64,000 nucleotides of DNA from Picochlorum sp. SENEW3 (Eukaryota), in the NCBI GenBank assembly GCA_034226945.1, contig CP120464.1, positions 310,001-374,000 on the forward strand. The letters are read 5' to 3'. A model generated the notes under the pieces. The model was not told the DNA's origin. It saw only the letters and a list, made by a program, of their open reading frames with translations, and did no database searches. This document shows positions 40,301-50,555 of the stretch, piece by piece. A program made the position numbers and the translations under genes. Each line of letters starts with the position of its first letter. Positions within the stretch are counted from its first letter, which is position 1.

Positions 40301-43300
40301 GCCTTCGATTTCATCCTCTACACGAGATGAGGACACCAATGCTGTCAGAACTGTTTCAAGCATTTTCTTTTCTGCTGCATGCTGCTTTTTTGTTTTGACA
40401 CCAAGCTCTGATGGCCATGACAGATCTGAAGGAATCTCGGGTGCCTCCTTTGAATTGAAAAGAAGATCCTTTAGTTTCTCCAAATTCTTCTCTTTTGTTG
40501 CATCCAAGGCTGCAGTGTCATCTCTGGAATCACAGATCATTTTGTTTGGCAGATGCAGTCTTGCCAAAGTTTCTGTACATATTTGAAGTAGGCGCAGTGC
40601 ATTTTTCCTCTTGTGTGGATCATTCCCAGGGCATGCAACTGTAGTCCAAGCCAATTGGACACATCGATCCAGTGGCACCAAAAATGACGTGTGAGGGGGG
40701 AAGGCAAGAATAACTCTGAGCCCATACTCTGGTATTTCTTTATAGTCCACGGATACGCTATCTCCCAACCACCTCCTCCCTCTTCCTCCCATCTTCCCCA
40801 GCATGGCTGCAACTTTCTGACCAAAAGGTCCTTGTGATGCAGGTTTGATATGAGACCAGAGAGCAGTCATCAACGGCTTAGTCACTGGTAACATACTGCG
40901 CTCTATAAACTCAGGATTGAATGACTCAACCCAAACATCTAGCACCTTCAAAGCTATATGGACACTTCTATCGTTGGAATTCAACGCAGCAACAGCTGCA
41001 TGCATCATTTTAGGTATCAAAGGAATCAGATGCTCAAGCCTAGCAGGAACAAGCAGGCATATTTCTGCACACATTTCTTGCACATCTTTTGAGGCAGCAG
41101 GACTATTCATCAGAGACATCGATGTCTCTACAATTTGTATGTGCAAACCAGAAGTCCCAACACTGGATTGAATATCAGAAAACTTATTTGTCGCTGCTAA
41201 TGCAAAGAAGAGAGACCTGACAGCTTTCAAACAACCCAAGATCTCTTTGCCCTCCCCAATGGTGGGGAATGCTTTCTTCAGAAAAGCAAGAACATACGGT
41301 AATACAACCCTTTCCACTCCTGGGACCCCATTCTGGGCTAGCTGAGCACCCCTCTGCAGATCGTTATTTTGTATTCGTGGTAGAGTCTCAAAACACATTT
41401 GCAGCAACTGCAGGACAAGGTTCCCTTCTGCAGATTCAAGATCTTTCAAAAGGTCGAGTTTTTCCTGGACTAGATAGTCCAATATACATGCAACTGCATA
41501 TCTGTTGGAATATGTTTTTGTGGAAGATTGCTCCTCTAAAATATTTCTCACGAAACCAAGATACCACTTGTTTGCCAGGACAGTCTCGAAGATGAATGGG
41601 ACATTAGGTGCAAAAACATCTACAAAGTCGTGAGGATCTGTGATGACACGATACATCTCCGACATTATATCCCGTGCGTCAAAATTTTGCACACCAGGCA
41701 CAAGATTCTCAAAGAAGGAAATGAAGCGAAGCCCAGATTTCAATATCGCTGTCATGACCCGGACATCAGCCCTTCTGGAACTCCAAGGTTTGATATGAGA
41801 TGGAACCTGGACACAACAAACAGTCTCACATGTCAGTTATAAATTTTGAAACGACTGTGTGCAAGATCCTACCTGTCCCTTTAGCCCTCGACTTGTATGA
41901 TAGACAATTATCACATATGAAACTGTTTTTACCGTATTAATCAGACCATGCGCCAGGTTTCTGAACTCTAACAATTCTCTCTCTTTGTTGGAAGCATGAG
42001 TAGTTGCTTGATAGACAGTCTTAAACGGAAACAATGCCACTTCTTTATTTGTATTCTCCTGTTTTTCTTCTTCAACTGCAGATTTCATGTCTTGCTGTTG
42101 TTCTGTATCCATAGGCTTCTCCTCTGTTCCGTCCTCTATCTTCACACCATTTGCCATTGATTTTAGAATCCCCTCGATATGTTCCTTCTGCTTGACCAGT
42201 TCTTTTCTGCCCTCAGCAGCCATAACCTCTGCAGCAGCTGCATCTGCAGTTTTCTTTTGCCTGTGCAAAGACTCGAGATCACGTGAAATTGACAAAATTC
42301 GGGGTACCTGGACAGCCAATGATTCCAGCTTGATTGAAATACATGAGAGAACATCTGACAATATATCTCTAAAGTCTTCATCCTCAGCCCTTCTGGGAAA
42401 GACAATCTCTACCACAATATTATAGAGAACTCTGACAGATGTGACATGCAGAGTCAGAGGTGCTGACACGTCCAAGAGGCTATCAACTGCCATCGCTACT
42501 GCTCTCTTCACATACACCACCTCCAGAGTCTGCTTTACCAGTAGGAGGAGCTCAGTCAGATGAATGAAGGCAATTTGCTTCAAGGATTCGTGCACAGCTC
42601 TATCATTCCCAACAAGAGTATGCATATTAAGGAGGTCGTCAATTCTCGGGACAAGCCCATCCTTCATATCATCACTTGACAATATCGTCCTGAAGCCATT
42701 CAAAATCTCCTTTCGAAGTGCGAGAGAGCTCGGTGAAGTTTTCATGATTCGAATCAATGAGGTGCATATCCCATCTTTGTGGACCACGACCAACTGATGT
42801 GCACTGTTAGACCTTGACAAAACAATGACGAATATCAGAGTTTTAATCTGCGCAAACCTGAAGTCCGTGTACATTTGCATGGCACATTTTGGAACATTCT
42901 CTAAGTCGGGACCTTCTAAAGAGACGGCATCGACCATGGCACGAACGAGCCGCTCACCATATTGGGACAACCGCTTGGAATATGATTGCATCAGGGCGAA
43001 TGCAGTCAAGGCAATTTCCTGAGCCAGTTTCATGCTCTGCACAGCAGGGACCAAAGCATTCGTGGTATTTTCATCGGCATTTCCCCCAAAACACCGCTCG
43101 ACAAAGTCTGGAAAATTTTGGAACAGCTGACAGAGCCAATCAAAGTACGGCGATGTAAATTCTTCCAGTCCCGTCTTATACGTCTTATGTATATCTGCTA
43201 GGACCTTTTGAGCTATAGCGCCATTATCTTCGTGATCATCAAACAAAATAGACTGACAAGCTTTGATTAGGTCTCTTATATTTTGCTTTGGAATGTCAGA

Positions 43301-43717
43301 TAAAGGAATCCTGCCAAGCATCTCAACCAGACAGCTCCTGTACTCATTCTCTAAACAATTTTTATCCTCCAGATTCGCCTTGACAAATGCCAATGACCGC
43401 ACCAATGGTCCTAAAGATACTCTTTGTAAAAGAGCTGAAGAATTGGCGAATGACGTGAGCCTATCGAATTGGCTGCGCACTGTCTTCAAGAGTTCAAGTC
43501 TTCTTTCAAGGTCTGCACATGATGAAGATGGTAAAGCAACAGGCTTTGAAACATCCTGACTCTTGAGTTTGCAGTAAAACTACATCAACGTACCTGTATT
43601 TTCGCTTTCCAATTCGTTTACATGCAATTCGGCTGCCATTTGTTCGACCTTGACTGCGTCCTCGTCAAAGCTCTCCTCTTGAGGTTGAGGGGTAGGCGGA
43701 TGGTGATGTCCCAACAT
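31335..43717 (-). CDS. TRA1: TRRAP/Tra1 PIKK pseudokinase scaffold of SAGA/NuA4, about 8 exons
   Basis: HEAT region (LLVPARLEHLIP, LGKMGGRGRRWL), FAT (QPQPKIP, YGFNAMEVQEAFVK), kinase-like ETVPFRFTRN, FATC LCKMDPLWQPWF; short GT-AG introns link the ORFs. Confidence 0.95.
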
Positions 43718-44177
43718 CCCTAAAAATTAATACAATTAAAAATAGATGAAAATAACGCGATGATACAAGCAATTCACCTCCTTTTTCAGTGAAAAAGCAA
43801 ACGGCGAAATTGCTTCCAGTGAAATTTGCTCTATCACCACGACCCGATCACCATTTTCACCATTCCAAATCACTCTATTCGATATTACTGTTGATGTTAA
43901 AACAAAGTATTAACTGCAATCGCCTTCAAAGGATTGTTTTGCAATTAAATGACGAAACTTTCTTTTTGAAAAGAAAGTCGGAATGCAAAAAAGAAAGTCG
44001 GAATACTCGATTCCAGGGTCAACAAGCAGCCATGCCTCGACTGGATGGGGATAGATTGAGCCTTGCTTTATCCGAGTCTCATCCATCCGGATTTTGTCCC
44101 ATATCCGATAGAATACCGCCATTCTGACCAGTATCCTAATTTTCTATACATCGATTTCGATTTATTATCTAAGTAAA

Positions 44178-45380
44178 ATGATGAAGTGCACTTCTGCCAA
44201 GGCAACTTTCCAGCAGGCTCCACGCCAAGTGAGGTATGTCTCCATCACGCCTGATGCGCTGAACAGAGCTCTGATTGATACGCTGAAAGCTCGCACTGTG
44301 GAATGTCTCCAATTGTATTGTAAATTTCTCATTGATTATCATATTTTGCAGCCGTGTGCAGCGCAAGGTAGTCTGCAATGCTGAGGGATTGCAGGCTTTC
44401 GTGAAGAACGCCTCCCAGCAGGCTGCTGTCTTGGCCGCATCCACCCTGATTGCCGGAGTAAGTTAATATGTTATGAATTTGTGATTGAGTTTTCGGCATA
44501 GATCCTTGATCAATCATCACTGGCAACACAGTCCAAGGAGATATGATCTCGCTATCCGTTGATGGTGTCTGTCTGAAATATGACCCCAATTGAATACTGT
44601 TGTATCATTGCCAAATGGACTGATATACGAACACTATTTCTGCAGTCTGCTTCTGCCATTTCTTTCGACGATCTCCAGGGTCTCACCTACCTTCAGGTGA
44701 AGGGAACTGGTTTGGCCAACACTTGCCCAACTATTGAGGGTGGATCCTCCAACGTGAAGGACATCAAGTCTGGAAGCTACAAGCTTGAGAAGTTCTGCAT
44801 GGAGCCAACTTCTTTCACTGTCAAGGAAGATTCCCAGTTCAAAGGAGGGGAGTCTGAGTTTGTCAAGACAAGGCTCATGACAAGATTGACTTACACTCTT
44901 GATGAGATGTCCGGTCAGTTCAAGATTGACGGCAGTGGAAACGTCGAACTCAAGGAAGAGGACGGTATTGACTACGCTGCAGTCACTGTTCAGCTTCCAG
45001 GTGGTGAGAGAGTTCCATTCCTCTTCACTGTGAAGGAGTTGAATGCCAAGGGAACTGCTGATGCCTTTGGCGGTGAGTTCGTGGTCCCATCATACAGAGG
45101 AGCTACTTTCCTGGATCCAAAGGGTCGTGGTGCAGCCACTGGTTACGATACCGCTGTCGCTCTTCCAGCATCTGGGGATTCTGAAGAGTTTGCCAAGGAA
45201 AATGCCAAGAGTGCTGCGGGACTTAAGGGGCAGGCTGTTTTCTCTATTGCAAAGGTTGACCCAGCCACAAACGAGATTGCCGGAGTTTTTGAATCCATTC
45301 AGCCATCTGATACCGATCTCGGAGCCAAGGCACCAAAGGATATTAAAATCCAGGGACTCTGGTATGCCCAGCTCTCTTAA
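44178..45380 (+). CDS. PSBO: Photosystem II oxygen-evolving enhancer protein 1, 3 exons
   Basis: [65 protein letters not shown]; bipartite transit peptide in upstream exons. Confidence 0.98.
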
Positions 45381-45429
45381 GTGAAGGGCATTTCTCATAT
45401 CATCTTGGTCTCAATAGATTGAAAGTGTT

Positions 45430-45434
45430 TGTAA
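45430..45434 (+). terminator. Chlorophyte UGUAA polyadenylation signal (example; also after LPD ~9728, hydrolase ~12093/12100, PP2AA ~18495, ~22066, PP2A-B'' ~50278)
   Basis: TGTAA recurs shortly downstream of many stop codons; UGUAA is the established green-algal poly(A) signal. Confidence 0.7.
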
Positions 45435-45479
45435 CAAACTTAGAATGAATATTGATATCAACGGTAGCAGTAATGGAAA

Positions 45480-46578
45480 CTACTGCAAAAGCCCTCTGCG
45501 GGTTACTCTCATGTTACCTTCCCGCTTTTCATTGAGGGTTGAGGCACTTCTTCTTGTCATCACCCTGATTGGCTTCTCCAAGACGAGTCTCTCTGGCTCA
45601 TCTTCCGACTCAGTCGAAAATAGCCATTTGCCCCAGGAAAATGCAGCCTTTCTTTCTGATATTTGTTCTGCAGTCTCGCCTGTCCTTTGGTGAATCAGAT
45701 AGTCGTGTACATTGCCAAATCCTGACATTCTAGCTTCCTTTACTATTTGATGCGTTGGAGGGAGTCCATGCTTTTTCCTGCATGGCCCACAGTTACAACA
45801 AGAAACACAGCCTTCGCCACAATTGCCTCTGCATTTAGGACAGATCCAGCATCCACTGAGCAAGGCATCATAAACATTTTCACCATGCCTATTCCATAAG
45901 CACATCCTGCAAAAAGACACAGGCAATGTTTTCCCCCCTCCACATTCGGGAGATGTACATACAACATGATCCTCAAGGGTTTTTTGACGACACCAGTGAC
46001 ACGTAACGCCATTCTTGGAGTCGTAAATTCTTCCACCCTGTTTCCTCACACCCAATCCAGAATCGTAAGGGGATTCTGGATGATTCGATCTCCAAACCGC
46101 CCTCTTAGCAGGCTTGTGTGCTACAATTTCATCCAAACCTCTCTCACGAAACATGGCATCTTCATCGAAATTTATCTTCGCTGAATGGCTCAACCTTCTC
46201 GACCTCCTTATGTTTTCCTGGAAAGACAATAGCACGGAGCATCAAGGGCAATACTTCCCATGATTGATTCCAATTACACATAAATCATGTATATATCTCA
46301 ATATATCATCCAACGAACCTTTCTTGGCCTCTTTGCCGTCTTACGCTGGGGGCAAGACGAGGTTTTCCTCGCGGGGGGAATGGTCGAACCTGGAGATTTC
46401 AGCGAAGCCAGGGTTTGCAAGACTCCGATCTCCTGCGATTAAAAATTCATATATATTATAAAACCATGAATCATATTTGCTTGCTTCTTGCTGAAGATTC
46501 AGCACATGCGATGCTCCGTACCTGCAATCTACGCTTGTTTTCGGCGATCCGAGCAGCCCGCTGTGCTTCGTAATCCAT
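45480..46578 (-). CDS. CDCA7: CDCA7-like zf-4CXXC_R1 protein, 3 exons
   Basis: First exon MDYEAQRAARIAENKRRLQ; GRIYDSKNGVTCHWCRQKT...FCRMCLWNRHGE...W.CPKCRG...CNC..CRKK.GLPPT. Confidence 0.85.
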
Positions 46579-46745
46579 CGTGCTTCGTCTAGTTGTTACA
46601 CGTTCAGCTCTTTATAGTTATTAATCTGCATTCGTAGTGGTGTAGGGGGATTCTTATGAAAGTGCTGATTCGGGGTACCCATCTACAAGCGGTTTGAATT
46701 TGGGCGCCATTCAATGATTGCCTCGTGAGGGTCGATCGAGTTCAA

Positions 46746-47824
46746 TCACACTGGCAACATTCCTTCACTTTCTTTGAGATCATCAAAGTACTCATGTTCC
46801 ATTGCAGCTTTGGCGCCGATTCTCCTCGTTGGGCTGTATTGTAGCAATTTGCCCAATAAGTCAATTCCAGCCGGGCAAAGAGTTGGGACAACATCTGCCA
46901 AGTTTTGCGGGCGCCACCTGGGGAATACATCATTGTATTCTGGTAGGGACGTTACCCCTGGGAACACTACCTCATTTGGAGTTCCAAGGACCTGGAAGAT
47001 TTTAAATAGCTCATCAATCTCAGAGTCGCCAGGAAACAAGGGCTTCTGCATGGCCATCTCAGCAAAAATACACCCGATGGACCATAAATCAACTGGGGTG
47101 GAGTACTGTTTGCTACCCAATAAAATCTCTGGGGCGCGGTACCATAAAGTAATAACTTCCCTAGTGTATTGCCTTACTGGGATTCCAAACGCCCTGGCGA
47201 GTCCAAAATCTGCTAGCTTGAGAGTATTGCTATTCTTGTCTATCAGTAAATTTTGTGGCTTCAAGTCTCTGTGAAGAATCCTATGAGAGTGGCAATGTGC
47301 GATTCCAGAAAGCATCTGGTACAGATATTTCTGCATAAAATTAGATGAATATAGAGAAAGGTATTCTGTACACCCTCGCATTCAAGTAGTTCGACGCACC
47401 TTGATCAAAAATGGCCTATGATACTCTGACGGGCTTGCATCCATGTGTTTCTTCAGATCAGAGTCTAGATATTCGAAGATTAAGTGCAACTTGCCATCCT
47501 CGTGTACCACATCTAAAAGTGCAACCACGTTCTGGTGTCGAAGATCTTTGAGCAATGAAATCTCCCGAATCGCTGTGGAAGGGACCCCTTCTTCGTCCTG
47601 CTCTAGTCGTATCTGTTTCAGAGCCAAAACCTTGCCAGTAACTTTATCTCTTCCCTTAAACACAACACCATATGTCCCTTCTCCTATTTTATCTTCTCTC
47701 TGATACTATAAGGCAAACAACTAGTTATTAGTTCTATGTGCAGCGGGAACCTTCAAGCGTTGAAAATCCGGTCGTCTGATCGACAAAAACAAGGCTCAAA
47801 GTGCAGCATACATACCCTTTCCAT
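46746..47824 (-). CDS. CDKA1: Cyclin-dependent kinase A (PSTAIRE), 3 exons
   Basis: [52 protein letters not shown]. Confidence 0.95.
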
Positions 47825-48046
47825 GGCTACACTATCTATCTATTTTTGCAATATGATATTTTGGAAACGAATCTGTCGAGACGTTCCAATCTGTAGAGTT
47901 TACACCCCTCCTGACAGCGTCAGAGTGAGCACTGCTGACCTTTCCTTGCGGTGATTCCAGAGCTGAAAAGTGGGATATACCTCTTTTTCATCAATATATA
48001 TTAGATTATCTTACTGCACGTCCGAGTCAATATATGATGTATACAA

Positions 48047-48315
48047 TGTCGAGAAACAACAACCTTGATCATGAACCCATGAAACCCACCTCCGGGTACC
48101 CGGTGATGGATTTTTCACAGCCGGTGGGAGCCAAACTGTAGGATCCCCCGTCATCCGTTAGGATGACAATGTGGGCCCTCCCTATCCCATATGCAGCAAA
48201 GATCGTTCCGTTCGGATTGGAGCGTGATGGGCTCTGTGTGTGATAGCGGGATTCGGTGCCGCGAGGTCTTTGGTATCCATTCTGCATATGTCGTGGGCCA
48301 ACTTTCGACACATTT
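48047..48315 (+). ncRNA. Structured non-coding RNA, candidate telomerase RNA
   Basis: 5'/3' pairing TGTCGAGA(48047-54)/TTTCGACA(48303-10); repeat CATGAACCCATGAA; pseudoknot CCCACC/GGTGGG plus GGATTTTTCACAG/CTGTAGGATCC; hairpin GTCATCC/GGATGAC; long stem CATATGCAG/CTGCATATG and CAAAGATC/GGTCTTTG; TATA-like sequence upstream. Confidence 0.5.
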
Positions 48316-48488
48316 GAAATCTGAGCGCCTCCCCGTATCCTTCAAAGGCTAACGAAGGCTCTTATGCCCATCGAATTTTTATGAAATAATAGTTTTTATT
48401 TGACAAGGAATCGGAAGACTTTCGGAAGACTAGGAGCAACGGGTCAGTCGCATGCCTCTTGGTTCGGAGGAGCACATTTGTAGACAAT

Positions 48489-50222
48489 ATGCCCGCTGAC
48501 GGGAGCAGTGGGTCAGCAAGTGGAGTTTATACTTGTAGCAAGCTTAAATTGGATAGTTTATTTCTCCGATGGTTCTCGCTACCGGAATCTCAGGAGCTTG
48601 TACGTCGTTTCACATGTCCACCGCCACCTGTCGTAAATTTAGGGGTGCAATGCTTTTCTGATGGCATTCAAATCGTACATTTTGTCTGAATGATATCGTA
48701 TGTTATGCAGGTGCTGCAACTCTTGGAGAGTATCAGGACTGGCCAGGGGCACCACCGAGGAGCTCATCGAAGTGTCGCTACACCGTCTCAATTACATTCG
48801 TCGACGCCGCCGGTATCACCCAGGAAAGGATCTTCTCAGATGCGATATGACCATCATTGGAATCGATATGTGGTAGGTGGTCATCTTTGTGCTGTATGCG
48901 GCAATGCCTTTGCCAACATTCTATCTGTGTGTGTTCAGGGACATGTGGCCCAATCCCCAAAGTCTAGTGCATTCTCACCTTCCAAAGTCCAGGTTGATGT
49001 CGAAAACCGTATTCCACGCTTTTATTTTCCGGAGAAGGATATGCCGTTCAACAATGATCGTATAAACAGCAGAGTGAACGAGTTTCTGAGGCCATTTGGG
49101 GAGGGACTACCATTGGTTGCTCTAAAAACTCTTCTCCGAGAAATATTTGGTCTTCCAGTATCTCTCGGATTCTCATTGCATAGAAAAATAGCCTCTCTCT
49201 CAGAAAACGTTCTTCCAGTCTCTGGTTTGCTGGATTGGTTTGCTTCTTCAGGTTTTTCTTCATCTTCGCAGGAGAAGAGGCTATTTGATATTCTCCGGTC
49301 TCCAAGCTGTGATTTTATCACTCCTGATGATTTAAGACCTACCATTTTAGGGATTATTGTCTCACACCCGGGACTGGCATTTTTGAAAGGAGCGTCTGAA
49401 TTCCAAGATAGATATGCAGAGACTGTTATTTATCGAATTTTCTATTCTCTAAATCCAAGCGGTGCAAATAGATTAAGTCTCCGTGACATTAAGAAAGGCA
49501 AATTGCTTCAATCACTCTTGGAAGTAGAATCAGAGGAAGACGTCAACCAGTGCACCAGGTTTTTCTCCTATGAGCATTTTTATGTGATATACTGCAAATT
49601 CTGGGATCTTGATACAGATCATGACTTTCTTCTGAGCAGAGATGATTTCTTGCGATATGGAAATCATTCTCTAACATATAGAGTCGCTGATAGAATATTC
49701 GATGGGGCAGCTCGGCCCCTCTCTAGCGGGGTCCCAAATAAAATGGGGTATGAGGATTTTGTGTGGTTCATTCTCAGCGAAGAGGACAAAACATCTGATA
49801 CAGCCCTCCAATACTGGTTCAGAGCTTGTGATCTTAATGGTGATGACAAATTGACGCAAGATGAGCTGCTGTGGTTCTATGAAGAGCAAATATCTCGAAT
49901 GGAATGTTTAAGTCAGGAGACTGTAGCTTTTGATGATATCATGAGCCAAATGGTTGATATGATTAATCCAAAGGATGCTTTTTTCTTCACAGTCAGAGAC
50001 TTAAAAAACTGTAGGTTGCTTGCTGGTATTTTATTCAACGTGATGTTCAACCTGAGCAAATTCGTCGCCTTTGAGATGAGAGACCCCTTCACCACCAAAC
50101 AGGAGAGAGAAGGAGTTTCATCTGGTTTGTCCGAATGGGATCGGTATGCTCGAGATGAATATGCTCGATTGGCGATGGAGGACGAGGACATGGAGGATGA
50201 TGGAATGCCTTGGGCTGAATAA
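48489..50222 (+). CDS. PP2A regulatory subunit B'' (EF-hand), 3 exons
   Basis: KLDSLFLRWFSLPESQ, IPRFYFP, HPGLAFL...EFQDRY, FFSYEHFYVIYCKFWDLDTDHD, YWFRACDLNGD. Confidence 0.92.
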
Positions 50223-50555
50223 TAATACTGCAATCATTTCATTCTAAATTTGCATTGAAATTTTGAGAATAGTGTTTTGTAAACGAATTAGCGCACCTGA
50301 TCAGGTCCATCATGATGGAAACACATTCTGCGTCCTTGACCAGATTCTAAATACGTGACATGTGCGTACACTGAAGTGAGGTCAACCTGGCCCAGTAGAT
50401 GAGTCGATCGCAATCAGGGCTCTCAATAGGCCCAGGCCATCGATGGCAAGGATACTTGCCAAGGGGACGCGCGTCCTTACATTATCGATCATCAGCAATG
50501 TGGTAGCACGTTTTCCGGTAAATCGATTCATAATCATTTTAACTACAACAGAAAT

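Noticed and set aside
48219..48325. U3 snoRNA identity for the structured RNA (GAGCGTGA resembles box B; CTGA at 48321)
   Set aside because: No U3 5' domain (box A/A') and no properly placed box C; RNase MRP/P and SRP signature motifs were also not found
50263..50340. TPP riboswitch-like fragments (TGAGA...ACCTGATCAGG...CTGCG) upstream of the ATP-grasp gene
   Set aside because: Lacks the closing YAGGGA/P1 and P2 pairing; probably just palindromes (ACCTGATCAGGT, CCATCATGATGG)
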